Of a DNA stretch of 64,000 bases, positions 12,370 to 26,200 are shown piece after piece. Position 1 is the first letter of the stretch. Each line of letters starts with the position of its first letter. The stretch comes from Klebsormidium nitens. Taxonomy: Eukaryota > Plantae > Klebsormidiophyceae. A program made the position numbers and the translations under genes. The stretch is taken from positions 1 through 64,000 of the forward strand of contig DF237233.1 of NCBI GenBank assembly GCA_000708835.1, written 5' to 3'. A model generated the notes under the pieces. It was not told where the DNA came from. It saw nothing but the letters and a program-made list of their open reading frames with translations, and did no database searches.

Positions 12370-14010
12370 TGACGGGCAACTTGCGGATGGTATCCAGCAG
12401 TGGGCTAGCAACGGCAGTCGGGCTTACGGTTTGAACGACTCTTGGCGATTGCGGCCAGGCGGCTCGAAGGGCGTCATTGCCATCTAAGCAAAAACCTTCA
12501 ACTTTCTAAAGCCTCGTGTGAACCCTTTACGCAATCAATGTAGGTGCCCAAAACTCCAAGCTAAAAGACCGTTGTGGTTTTGCGGAAGCAGCCGTTTTGC
12601 GTGACAGACAATGATTTTCACCCACGATGAGTTCCGGCAAAAAAGAGCACGTCAGACAACTCCTCTGTGCTTTCTCACCCTGATTGCATGCAAGGCGGTC
12701 AACGAGTTGACATCAAGTTTGGCTATCTTTTGGCCAAGCGCGTGCTTATCCCAGCCTTTCGAAGAAGCAAAGACGCTGAATCACTGTACCGAGAGAAGCA
12801 CTTGCTTGTCAATTCCGAGCAAGCGCTTTCACAATTTCAGTTGCTTGATCGATACGAGCAAGATTGCCTGGTCAGCTAGTGCCGATCAAGCAACCCGGTC
12901 CAAGGGACTGGCTTTCTGGACAGGCGTGGCTTGTAAACGTGAGGAAGGACGTAATCTGCGCCCGGCCATCCAAGTTGCATATGATCTGCCTGGCTAAAAC
13001 AGCCACGTGCAATAGCCGCACTTCGTCATTACCTGGCATCTGCGGGCGCGAACCTGATTCAGCAGATTACGGTGACAGAATTGATGTGAGCCATAACTAT
13101 CGCAACGTGATAACGCTAGCTTTGTTCTCAATTGTGCATAGTTCTGACCATACCAGTAACATCGGCCGGTCCTTTCCATTTGCTTTCAAAAGAACAAGGT
13201 TCGAGGACTGGCTGCCAATCCAAAAAGTAGATTGCGAACACACCCAAACTTACCGGAACGGCCCAGATTAACATTCCGCGGAAATCCTCCAAGGAAGCCT
13301 GCCGATAGTGACCGCCAACGCGCGATTGGTATCCAGCTGGGATGAGAACCGGCAGTCGAAAAGTTCAGCGCTCAAACGATTGTTGGCGATTGCGGCCAGC
13401 ACGTTAGGGGTCATTGCCGTTGTATGTAAAGCTGTTTCGTTTTGTAAAGCGTAAGCTCTGTGTGAATTCCAGCGCCATAAATGTATGCCCGCAAAACTTC
13501 CAGATGCAAGAGCGACCTTGGCAAAGCCAGCCGTGTTCCATGACCCCCCAAACCTCTCGATCACGATGGGTTCAGCAGGAAATACTTCGTCGCTCAGGCA
13601 GCTCTGCGCCTTTAACATTCGATCGAGAGGCCGTCAACTACTGTACATGTACATCACTGATGGCTCTGTTTTCGCAAATGCTTTGCTTATCTTAGCCTCT
13701 CGAAGAAGCATTGAAGACGCTGAAACACTGCATGGGGAGAGGCGACCTGCTTTTCCTTTCCGAGCAGTGCCTTCACAGTTTCAGTTGCTTGATGATGAAC
13801 ACGAGTATATTCGGCTGATTAGGGTAATCAATAAAACCGACCAAGAAGTCTGGATTTTTGGACAGGCTCGTAAAGGATTGCACGAAGCTGGGCGATCCTG
13901 TACATTAAAGTTGCGACTCTCTGGCTAACTTAGCCACTTGCAGCCGAACTTCGTCATTACCCGGCATCGGCAAGCTCGAAGCTGATCCAGAAAATCATTT
14001 TAACGGAACT
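12370..14010 (+). pseudogene. Two diverged ~0.94-kb tandem copies of a decayed coding repeat unit
   Basis: Paired anchors ~935 bp apart: TTGGCGATTGCGGCCAG (~12445/13385), CGAAGAAGCA..GACGCTGAA (~12760/13700), TTTCAGTTGCTTGAT (~12835/13780) and ACTTCGTCATTACC.GGCATC (~13020/13948). Plus-frame peptides align: AKRVLIPAFRRSKDAESL...SQFQLLD vs ANALLILASRRSIEDAETL...SQFQLLD. Confidence 0.65.
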
Positions 14011-16629
14011 GCTGAGAATCATAGCCTCCACCACGTTATGACGCCGTTCTCAACCGCGCATAATCTGACCGTTCAGTCGAGTACTATCAGCCGGCTCTTT
14101 CCGCCTGCGTTCAGAAGACCTGGCTTCCAAATAGCCGAAGTCATTGTTGCTCCTGCACGGAAGGCCTGAGTTGGTCATAGCCCGTATAGCCCGTTTTACT
14201 TTCAGATACGGGGCGGTCGAGCATCGAGGTAGATATGAAGAGGTCATCAAAAGTGGCGCACTTTGCCAGACCATTGTTTTCGTCCTTGCCCGTACCCAAA
14301 AAATAGGACATGCCAGTGCGGTCAGCAATTCGTCGTAGCCAAGACGTGAAAAACTTGAAATCCTCAAAATGATCACTTTCGGAAAAGGTATGCAGCCAGG
14401 TCGGTTTGTGCCGCCTTCCAACGCTGATGGGCTAGCTACTACAGTGAGCAGATCAAAACGCCAAAATGACGAGACAGCGGGCGAGCTTTGCCAACGATCG
14501 CCGCTGAAGAAGCTAGAAGCACAGCGCGGCGCTTAGAGGCTCAGTGGAACAACGTGAGAGATTCAGCGGGGTGGACAAGAGGGACTTTACAATAGAAGCA
14601 GCGTTCAGAAAGAAAGGCAGTCGGAAAGTGCACGAGATTCAACTTGAAACATTGGCTCAGGCGGCAGCAGCTAGGCGGGTTACCTCACTGCCCAAAGCGA
14701 CTCAGTACGGTGATTTTACCCCACCTTGCAAGAGTTGTGCATGTGAATCGTTCAGCACATACTTATCTCCTTGCAGTCTCATTCGAATCCCTCTATGTGA
14801 CTCTCGGAAAGGGGACTTTGGCTTGAGCTCGCCCGGCCTCATATCGACGAGCTTTCATATTGCACAGGTACCTTAAGAATTACTAAGCTTACATGAAGTG
14901 TTTTGATCAGGACTATAAAGTCGTAGCCTGATACCGCCTTGGAGCCAATGCCTATCATTCGTATTAGACACAAGTGCTCGATATTGAGACTAGATGCGGC
15001 CTTCAAACGGAAAGCGGAGCTTCGTACACAGGCATCATTAACAACGACAACCCCTACCTTAGGCTAAATCGATGATGACATGCATGGCTAGGTTATCGAC
15101 GAGTTGCCAGGTGACCGCAGTGGTCAGGCTCGAAGTCATCGTCATTGCCAATTCGAAAAACAACATGCAAACCCAAAAGGCGGCGCTGCACGTTACGCCC
15201 CGGCAGCCGCACCGAATAACAAAAACAGGCAATAGTGATTCAAGATAGTGTACCGCGATCTCTGGCAAAGAACGGAGGAAATGATCAGGTCGAGCAATGA
15301 AATCTCGTGCTCAGCAACAGACCAGTTTGTGTCAGGCGATCTCGAGAACGTCTGGTAAGGCAGACGTGGTCGAGGCCAGGAACGCCCCTTCGACAAAGTT
15401 CGAAGGAACACCGGAGTCCTGAAAACAGGTTGTGACCTTTTCCCACATGAAAACAGGCCACGCGAGTCTGAAGCTAGGCCGGCCATCAGGATCAAGAAAC
15501 GAGATCTGGCTTTCGAGCGCCAGATCTTCTAGGTAGCCATCCTTGCCAAAGTCTGAGTAAATCTCAAGATGTGCGTAAGGACGTTCTGATATCCGATATC
15601 AGTCGGTCAGAACCGCCATCTTTTCTTCTACTGGCAGGGTTTCAGGGACGAATGAAAGCATCTTGGCTTTCCAGGAAAAGCCCTTCTTTCAACCAGTAAA
15701 GTCTTCGAACTTCAGAAGTACGTACCAAATTGAAAGAAGCGGGCATTGAATCATCGACAGCTAGCACCGACTTGGATTCGGCGAGTCAGGTCGCGCAGCC
15801 ACTTCATTTCTTTATCGTTAGCGGGAACCTGTTGGGCTCCGCAAAGCGCTCGTTTAATCGAAGCATTGATTAACAGCGGAGTGTCTGATCAGTCAAGAAA
15901 GGCTTTGAGATGCACAGCCCAGTTCTGTGCGGAGCCGAGTTCGTGATTAGCAGCCGTTTCAAACACGGGTATGTTCAGGTGGACGCAACAAAAATGGCTT
16001 TGACCGCTGGGCGCTATTGTTATCTGGCCTGCCCATGCAGTCTCCGAGGGACCTTCACTGATATCATTGACCTCACGGATCATTGCTTTTTGGGTTTAGG
16101 GTCCTAGCTAACGTCGCTGGTTCCTCGTAGTCGGGGTGAGGACTTGATTTAAGTACCTGCCAAGCGCACAATTGGATAGCTCATCAGCTCTTCGCCGGCT
16201 GAAATAGAAACTATGACTAAAGTTTGCGCATGCTGATTTGGCGAATAGCTGGCTAAGCCCCTAAGGGTATTTTCAAATGTGGATTGAGCGGCACATCTGG
16301 GAGCACCGTGACTCCGACTAGAACGTACCGAATCAGCACCTACATAAGCGTTGTAAAGGCAATCAAAATAGTTTCGCTGTCGGTGCCATGCCGCTTTCAG
16401 TTGCGCTGTGCTTCTCGAACCTAAAAAACCCTCGCCGTCCTTCGGAACGCGGCGCCTGAAAATAAATAAAAACCTTGACGAGATCCAATCCAAGCCGGGC
16501 ACCGGCCAGGGGAGCCCTGTGACATGCAAGCTTCAACAGATTGCATAAGACCGTGACGGAGCATATGGAAGAAGACTGTCAGGGACTTAATCAAGAAGAG
16601 GGGGCCTCAAACATCTTGGGCGGATCCAT

Positions 16630-19600
16630 GTTGGCAAACCTTTGTCAAGCACCTCGGGTTATCATTGCCCCTTCCGTACTCTGACTCCCAGAAATGTGCG
16701 TGCTGACCTTTGCAAGATGTCCAAAGCGGCATACTTTTGCGCAAGCGGAACAGGGCACTTTCGGCGCGCAAAGGCTTTCCGATACACGTCGACGGATGGG
16801 CCAGAAAATGCTACTCAAAGCAACCCGATCGATTGTGGCAACCTCAGGGCAATCCGTTATCCAGCTTGATTGCGACGTCTATCATGGCTCCTTCACAGTG
16901 AGCCACGTCAGCTGTCAATCGCCATCGCCCATTGACGCTTACACTAGCTAGTGCCTGATGTGAGGTGCAAGACACTTGACGTTGTTTTGCCTAGCGTGCA
17001 AGGCGCCCTGCTCGTGCGTCTGCCGTACCGTTCCTTTCAACACGCAGGAGCATCTGGTCAGACACTTCTTACTGGACATGAAGATTGGATCAGCTTCAAA
17101 GAAGGGTGACAAGGTTTCGCCGAATGCAGACTTGGGCACCGCAAACTTGCGCTGGGAAATCCAGCGGGCCTTATGAAAGACTGGCTATTGGTTTTCCTAG
17201 TGTTGGAAACCTCCAAACAAGTGCTTCGGGAAGGGCGATCAGGCAACTCCAAGTGGCAGTATCAGCAGCCAAGCTTCTGCTCATCTTCGCCTGCTTCCCT
17301 GACGTGGACGCTGACATGGAACGTAAGGAAGATCCAGACGCGCATGCGGCGTGTGCGGTCAGCGAGGGCGAGCATGGCGAGCGATGTCGACATTCGTGTC
17401 GACTGTTAGCAACGAGAGCGGAGTGCAGTGTCAGAAGAAACCAGCAACAGAATCAACCAGGCTCCGACTCGGATGAACAATGAGGCACCAAAACGGAAGA
17501 GGTGGAATATGTGTCGCGGCGTATGCGCAGAACGTTTCAAAGGCAGATCCGCCCAACAAATTGGTTCGGTGGGCCAGACAACTCGACTCGACAGAACCCT
17601 TCATAGGAGCACTAAGGAAAAAGGTAAGAGGAAACAGCAGCAATGACTAAGCATGCTTCGCAGCCATTTTTACCAAAACGCATGGAACATAAGGAGGAGA
17701 GACCGGAAGATGCCGAAAGACTTGAGAAGATTCGAATTCAATGAAATCGCTCTTTTCTGACGTGGGCATTCAAGACTCGGTAAGTACGTGCTACTGCCTG
17801 ACCATGAGGTGGGTCAGACAAGGAGATATCCTCGCCCTTCACTCCAGCTTGGGAACAGCTTACAATAGAAATTGAGACGGACTTAATAGGGATCAAGAAC
17901 TCTGATAGCGACGTACCACGCCTGTGGCAGTTCTGGCAAAAATCTCGGCGTCCATGTGAGGGTGGCGATTGTAAGAAAAAGGCAAAGCCAGGAAATTGGA
18001 GACCTTTACACGCTCGATCGCCAGTCCGAATCGGAACGCATTTAGCACTTGAGATATAGTAGGACACTGAGAAAAAGGAGGAGCCTACTTACTTTGTGCT
18101 GTCCTCGGGGCAAGCCCACCACACGTCACGCTGAAATTCGATGTTTGAACAAGAACCTCGCTGTTGCTAGTTCCGCAAGGCCATCAGAAGCTTGCAGTGT
18201 AACACCCCCATATGCCTGGCGTACTCTGCCGAGTACGCTTGATCCGGAAACTCGACAGCATATGAGTTGAAAACATGGTGCAATCTTCACCGGTGAAGTA
18301 AGCAATCTCAGTCAGAAAAGACAAGCCGCGCCGAATATGGCAGCCAGAAGCTAGGGCTTTCCGAAACCTTACTCACGGTGACACTCCTTTGGCTCTTAAC
18401 GCCAAGTGGTTTATCGTCATGGCCCCATTTGAACAGCCACGGAGCCACCATCACAAACTCCCCCCCCCGACGGAGTGGCACCTGAAAGGCACCACCCATG
18501 CTTGTACCAAAGTTTTGTAATGTTATCCGCCCAACAATTGCCAAAGCGACACCATCATAACACCAAATTGGTCCTGAAGCATATTCGACAACCAAAAGGC
18601 ACGTGTCAAGTAGGCGTCACTTAGTCATCTGGGGCATAATCGGTACCTTCGTGGTGTCATACTGTTGTAATGTTCGCCGCCTATCTGGTGCGGACCAATC
18701 TGGCGTCTTTGAGGTGTCAATTAGTCGGGGGGGTGGTTTTCTGATGTGACTTTCTGAAGCCCGCTAAACTTGATGCTATCTGCCCGGCTCAAAATCAAGG
18801 TTATCTCTATTCTCGGGTGAGGAATGAACCAACCAAAACGGACTAGCAGAATGAGTCGCGCTTAAAAACCGTGGTTTTCCTGACTCTCACATCCTATCGA
18901 CAGGACAATTGAAAGGTTCTTCTCAGAAAGAGAAGCGTCACCGTGAGTGGAGAGTAAGGATATTGGTCGGCTGTCCCGGAACTGAAAGCGAGTTGAAACT
19001 TAGTTTTGGAGTATTTGAGAAGCAGACTGGGTCTTGCAAAAGGCTAGATCAGCGTGGATTTATCAGATCTCCGAACACTTTTGAAAGGCAGTCAGACAAT
19101 TGAAACCTTCGGTGACGGATGGTGACAGTGCCCGCCAAGCTTTTTGCTGATCCTCGCCTTTCATTTTCGGGGCGGCTGGACGCCGAAAAGCATAGAAGAT
19201 CCAAACAAGGCATCCCTTTGTAACCAGTACAGGCTTAACCAGTACAGGCTTACGGCGAGCGTGTTTGAATTTCAGGCTGCTTCAAGCAACTATTCCGTGG
19301 GCCTGAAACGACATCAGACCTACTTTTTAAAATTGCAAGGAGCGATAACGTCTCGGACAGTTGCCATACCATCTGAAGACGTAGGGGCAATCCGACTGCA
19401 AAGGGGCTTTGTAAATGGCTCGTTCAGCCAAAGCCGCACATCGCCATCGCCCTTAGTCACTCTCGGTGCCTGCTCCAAGGTGTCACAGTGTTCGCACTCC
19501 ATCCTAACGCACCCGTACCCGCACCACCGAAGGGCACGAGAGACGCTTATGGCGCCACCTTGCGATGTGCGAGCAAGCTGCAGATAAGGTGACTCCGGAC

Positions 19601-22600
19601 GTCTTTGGCGGGGACTCGGCCCACCACCGCCTTCGCTTGCATGGCAGAGATAAGCAGGAGATTACAGCTTTGGAAGGAAGTTCCGATTGCCACGCTGGCC
19701 GCCCACTATCGCTCAAAAGCGAACCTTCATTTCCTCAATCCGCCGAACTTTAAACCACAAGAAGACTTCACGGTGAAAACACCTCTGGTTTTGGAATCAG
19801 TGCTGGAACTTTTGCAGCTTAGGAACAAACCATTGTAATCACGACAGAGAAGGCAACTTGAGTGAATATAACCATCGGTCTGCCGTTCTGAGTTTGCAAC
19901 GCGGTTGGGAAAGGGCGCCAGAGCAATACATCTCGCATCCCCGATTCAGCTAGATTGGTAAAAAGTGTGGGTTGCTTTCTAAAACTCGTGCTTGGACACC
20001 CAGCCGGCAGCATACACGAAGAGGATCAACCTCAACCTCTCTGAACCGATCTCTAAGGACCACCGCAAACCCCTGTCGGAACCATCCAGGTTGCTGGTAA
20101 AACAGACCAACGAAAGCAATCAAACAAGTGGGCACAGAAAATGGCCGGGCTGCCAATAGGCCCGTTGCATCACGACCCTTGAAGGAACTTTATGCAAGCC
20201 GCGTATACATAATGGACGGTCACAAAAGGTCAGCCGACGGCCAGAGAAAAAAGATGGCAATCGAGAAGGACCTACATGGTGGCCGCAAGCAGCGCCGGAA
20301 CAAGAATTGCGGAACGGCGTTTGCCAGCGGAACACTGCGAGCGCCAGCGATGTACTTGACTGCAATCGGGAAGGGTCTGCGAACGCAAGCAAACTTGTAG
20401 GGTCGCAACTCAACCGATGCTGGTATCAAACGGAACGGTGGTCAAAAAAGCCGGAACGGTGCCAGCGAACTGGAGGACACAGAAAAGAGAAACAAGGACG
20501 TGAGCGGAGCGGGACGCACAACGGGCTGGAACTGCGGAACGGCGGCTCCATCTCGACTGCCTGCGATCGACGCCCTGTCGCCAGCAATGACAGTTCCGTT
20601 TTCGACCGCTAACCCCATTCCGGAGAAACGGAGCGGGAGTAGTCGAGGGAGTGATCGGAGCGGACACCGCAAGCACAACCGCGTACACTTCGAGTTGAGG
20701 CTGCTCCGGGGGACTGGATCGAATCGAACGGCCAGTATTGTGAGCACTGCAAGGAGCTTCGCCGTTCCAAATGAGCATATACGATGAATAGGCGGCAGGG
20801 CAATCCAATTCATGATGATTTGCAAGTGGCTCGTGGCCTGAACCACAACTACTATCACCCATCATTGCCCTTTGACAGTCACAGTGCCTGCTGAGGCGCA
20901 AACAGATCATTGCTTCTACTTTTTGTGCTTTGTCCCCGTGCTTGCGGTTCAACAACCGGCCCCGCAACACGCGGCGCATTCTAAGAGTAAGTCCGGACAA
21001 AATGGGCGGACATTAAAATTATGGTGATTCCTCCTTAGATGATGAGATGAGCTCTAGCAGAATTTGGCTTGAAACAACTTCGGTTCGCTGACACACTATT
21101 GCGAAAGCAAGCGATATCCGAGATTCACAAGAAACCAAACCGTTGAATCGTTTCCGCAGAGCGTAATCGAAGGAATACATATCAGCCACTTCTGAAGGGC
21201 ATGCAGAGAGTCCACTACGAATGGCAGTCTCCGCCAACCTCGTGCTTCTGCTCATCCTCGCCTTTCTTCTCTTGTAGGATGACCCTAACATGCGATCCTC
21301 AAATGCACATGCTTTAGCCAAAAACGGCGAACACCTCAAGCTGCTGCGTTGCCACTTCAGCTGCGTCAAGGAATTTAGTGGACCCCAAAAGGCAATCTAC
21401 TTTTACCAACCAGTGCATACTGCAACTACTGCTGTTTGTTCAGATTGTGCACACTAGCTAGATGGAACTGTGGGACAGTCCAATGAGACTTGCCAAAATC
21501 TTTACTGCACGAGTGGCTCGTTTAGCGGCAAGCTGCACATCGGCACATCGCCATCGCCCTTGCACAATCACGGTGCCTGCTCCGAGGCGTATGCTGATTT
21601 TCGCAAACACACTCTCAGCGAACTGAGAGCCCGCCACAAGCCGCCACAACCCAAGTCAACAGGCAAGTTGAAAAACCAACTGAGACTGTAAGTGGAAGTC
21701 CGACGAAGCAGACTGTCAAAGTTCCTCCGCTCCCCGCCCATCGAACAGAAGACCCTTCAACATTCCCAAGAACGCAAGGTCTCCCCCGTATCGCCTGGAA
21801 ATATCCTTCAGCGCGCATAATCCTCGAGATGACGTGGAGCTTCGGCCAAAAAAGAGGCGGACTGACGGATGCGAGGTTTTAAGGAGCTAGGCACTGAATG
21901 AGCTTTTGAAACCATACAACCAGAAAACCACAGCTCCACGAAAAGCAGTTGACAGCAACAGACTGTGAGCAGGTTAGCAGGATCAGATCCAGGTCAAGAT
22001 AAAACCAAGTTCCACACGAAAATCAGGGCGGTCGGTAACTGGGACGAGCCTCGCATGGCAAGTTGAGCCAAAGCTGCCGTTCGTCACTGCTCGTTAAACG
22101 CAAAGACTTGGTGCCTGAACCTTCTTCCAAGACCATTTCAGACCCGCACTTTCTTTCGAAGCACTTTCACGAGGCTGCCCTTGTCTACTACCGAAGAGCA
22201 AATCCATCTTCGTGTTCAGACGCGGAAACAATTTCTTTGCATCGACGAAGAACGCACCTGTTCTCCAGAAGGCATCGTACCTGACTAAAGGGATCCCACT
22301 GGCCGCGTTAGCAGCAGGTGAGCTCTTGCACACACTGAACACAATCACCCTCTATGAAACAAACTCTTCAGCGCTGTACGGAGTGGTTCTCAGAATGATG
22401 AAAAGTCTTGACTTGTGATGGGGCGGTCGCGTTTAGAATCACATATATCGCGATATACGTAGCAACATGACGTCGCCTCTTGATTCAGGATTCAGGTCCA
22501 GCCAACATGCGCGTAGTACAATAGCGGCTCACGCGTGGAACAACCAGGCTTGGAGGATTCGAGCTGAAGTTGCCCATGGGGAGGTAATCCGTCTCTTGGA

Positions 22601-23270
22601 TTAGACCCTCGTTTGTGTCAGAGTCGACCATCCAGAAAAACCAGAATATGAGAGATGATTCCGCCCTCTATGATTTCTTCTGTAGTGCTCGTGCTGCCAT
22701 CCTCAACTTTAATGGATTACTCGACGGATAATGGTTGGCAATGTTCTTCTCACAAACGGAAGGCCGTTTGTCGGATCAGATCGGACGCAGTGAAAACTTC
22801 TCACTCTGATCAGAATAAACACAGCAACGTTGAATTGTCAGGAGGTCTTGTATACAAGAGAGGAGAAGCTGGGTTCAACTCTGAAGGTCGTACTTACTTC
22901 TTCAAGGCAGTCGGGGAGCAGGATCGAAGCCACTTGCGCCAAGAGCGCGAAGCTCTTGCTCATCCTCGCCTTTTTAGTTTTCAAGGTTTCTGAAACATTA
23001 GATTTGAAATCAGGTAGCAGAAGTACTGTCAAAAAGAGGAGTGGGTGGTCCCTGCGACTAGACAGGTGATGTCTGGGGATGCCACAGAATGCGGTGTGTG
23101 CAATTTCGAACACCCAGTTTTAATTCTTGTCAGATCGGCACTCCGCACACACAAGAAGCTAGGATCGGGCAGTCCGGCCTAATGTCAGAATACAAGTGGC
23201 CTGGTAAACCACAGCAGCACAAAATCGCCATCGCCCATCAACAATCAAGGTGCCGGCGATCGAGGCGTAC
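16630..23270 (+). pseudogene. Old, highly diverged ~1.7-2.1 kb tandem units of the same repeat family
   Basis: Motif X (peptide [VM]AVSA..[AV]KLLLILA) at ~17253, 19125, 21221 and 22947. Motif Y (TCGCCATCGCCC) at 16919, 19441, 21548 and 23225, about 300 bp after X. Differences between copies are often at third codon positions. Confidence 0.55.
20280..20720 (+). repeat. GC-rich GGAACGG-motif island (copy 3)
   Basis: At least four CGGAACGG motifs plus GGTCGCAAC, similar to the 11.6-12.3 kb island. Confidence 0.4.
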
Positions 23271-26200
23271 GCCACGTTGCTACCGATCTCCAGCTTTTAA
23301 CTCAGGATTGTCCCGACGCGCATTGCCAAAGCAGAATTTTGACTGACGCGCGGGCAGACTCAGAGCTAGGAAGCACTCTTCTTTTTTGCACAGCCCATGC
23401 ACTTCTTGTCACCGTTGTGCCCCACTCTTTTTTCACTCTTTTTTCACTTCGTTAAGGGCGCGACCGCCCCCCAATTTTCTTCGAAAACGATTGCGCTTTG
23501 ACTCCCGGAGAGGGAGTGATATCATTCCGGAAACAATTTCATTCGTGGGCCCTCGCCGCGGCAAGTCAACTTTTCCGGAGCTCCGGCCACAGCAACACGG
23601 CGCGTCAACTTCGAACCATTTCGTCACGAAGAACCGAGGGGATCCCTCCTAATGGGGGAAGTTATGGTATTTGAACTGGCCCAGGACAATCAGTAGCAAG
23701 CCAGTCCTCTGCTCGAACCTCCATGCACGGTCACCTAGCTGACGTCTTAAGCGCCCTTATGCCGATAGTACTTGAGAAAACGTACAGATAAAGCGGAAGT
23801 CATAGTTGTCAGCTTCGAAGATCAAAGAAAAGCGTACGTCACAAGGGATTACGAGAGAAGACGGAACTGACCACAGGTATTTCAGCAGGTTACCGACCGT
23901 ATTAGATGACGGCATGCTTTTGTGGCACACAGCCGTATTGAAGCTTGCATAACAGAATGATGCCCCTTCCAAGTCCGTCGAACATTGATTGGTAAAGTCG
24001 CTGCAGAACACGTTGTATAAGGCCACTTCTAATTGTAAGCGGCCGTCACATATCTATTACAAGTAGCCTGGGAGCAGCAGTTTATCGCGAAAGGAGATCA
24101 CCGCGAGGGCAATAAGCGCACCAGCTTTTTGAAAGCTACTAGTAGTGGCCGGGCTGCCAGAGCCAAAGACGTCATATTGGCCCTTGCCAATCCTGAACTT
24201 GAAAGTGCTGATAACAGCTGCAAGAACACTTGCTGTAAGGCAAGTCTGATGAGCCAGGGTTGCCAGTGGATCCGTGGATGTGGGAACTACTAAGTAGCGG
24301 CGGCAAAATTCTGATTGAAAGACGAGTGGCTTCAAAGTTATTGCAAACATCGGCGATTTACACAAGGAAGAAGTCCACATTTGTAGTAAAGTGAGGCAAT
24401 CAGATCACCCAGACGTTTTCAAAGTGGCGCTGTCGACCGTCAAAAAGGGTGACTTCACTGCCCACGTCGTTGAAATAGCCTGAGGGAGTTCCCAGAAACA
24501 GGACATTCCCACGACGTTTTTAATTTGCCGTCCACCTCGCCATGCAAGCCTCTCATATCGTGTCGGCACACGATCCATCCCTCCAAGAACTGTGCCTTGG
24601 TTCTACGACAGGTTTTCAAATCTTTAAGACGCAGGCAAAGGATTTGGATATCTTCACGGTTTCAGCTTTGCTTCTCCATATCAGCAGATCATACCTTGAA
24701 ACAGGAGCAGGGGCAACCGCCGTCGACTAACAAAGACCTGGCGCCGCTTCGCGGATTCATGGTTTGTAAAGAGGTCGTCCAAGAAGACGTGACGGCACGA
24801 TGTCGGGCTTCGGATTGCCGGTTGTCAGTTGTCTCGACTAGACAATCTCAAAGCTGCAAAGGCCCACATGCTCAAAGAATCGTTATGCAACTTCATCTTT
24901 CAGGTAGTGAAGCAACGCAGATTCTTGAAAACACATCGGAAGACAGCTCGGCTCGAACCCAAGCTGCTGCTCTGAAAAAGGACGATGTGACATCAAGTTG
25001 CAACGAAGAACGCGCGCGCGAATATATCGAACACGAATGCAACGCGACTATCAACTAAATGGGGCGCTCCTTCCCAGGGCATCAGATAGGCTCACGGCCT
25101 CCTCTGGCAGTGTCTACCAAAGCCACGACGTCGGTTGTGTCCCCGCCCCGCGCACGGCAGAATCGATGAAAAAGTGAAGTTAGTCATCCCGACTTGCCTT
25201 ACGTAAGGCAATGCAAGTCCTGCTCCTTTTGACGGCTCGAGGTAACCCCACGACGGCCGTGCCGCATCAGCAGAACGAGGTCATGAGGCTACGCGTGCAT
25301 TGTTAGAGGGGGCACTGCGCTCTCAAACGGTCCTTGTGTCTACTTGGTATCAAAAGTTAGGGAATCCGGTATACCCGAACGATGTTTCCCATCACATGGT
25401 AAGCAAGAGTCCCAGAAGAATTGAGGACACCGTTCTAGACGAAGACAGAGGAGTACTAGTCCTCATGGGAAGGATTGAATTCCCCATCCGATCACTGGCA
25501 AACATCCTGATTTTATGGTTGGGGCATTCGAAGTCACACTGAACACCACTGGCTCCAGAAAAGGCCATGCGGAAGAATTTTTATCACTGCCCACCAATCA
25601 AGCGAGCACGTTTTCGAAATTTACCAGCCCGCTCGGACCCTGCAGAAAATCTCATGGGGCAAGCATTAGAGGCCAGACTCACCCAACAAAGGGTCAGGCG
25701 AGGCAGTATTAGTTTGCCATCTGGCAGGTCTCAGGATGCAAAAGTGTTCGGCTTGATACTCAAACCTCGGTTGGGCTTTCGGTACAGTAGCTTTACCTCG
25801 TTGACAGTTCCAGCGAGAAGCCTGTTCTACCGTTTCCATTTCAATGGAAACGAGCACTTACTTAGTTCGAGGAAGGAACACAAATCTCAAAGCGTATCCA
25901 AATAACGGCACTGCCAATAAGGCCCTCGACAGCACTTAGTAGAATAGACCGACGACATGAAATCAAACCGGACTCAACAATATTGATCGTACCCGCTGGT
26001 AGCCTCTCGGTAGTTGACTGAAGAAGAAACGGCTCAGATGGACTGTCCCCCCGAGTCAGCACAGAGCCCAGTGGCTGAAGCCGGAGCCAACAGCATCGCC
26101 AGGTATGGGAGCGCTCCCAACTCTTGCCAAATGGATGCAAGGAAGCCGATAGGACTGACGGCTTTCGCAAAGATACAACAAATGCATCTGACAACGAGAA

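Noticed and set aside
17335-17400. RRACGVCGQRG, resembling a zinc knuckle
   Set aside because: The His and Cys ligands are incomplete, the frame has stops, and there is no gag or pol context.
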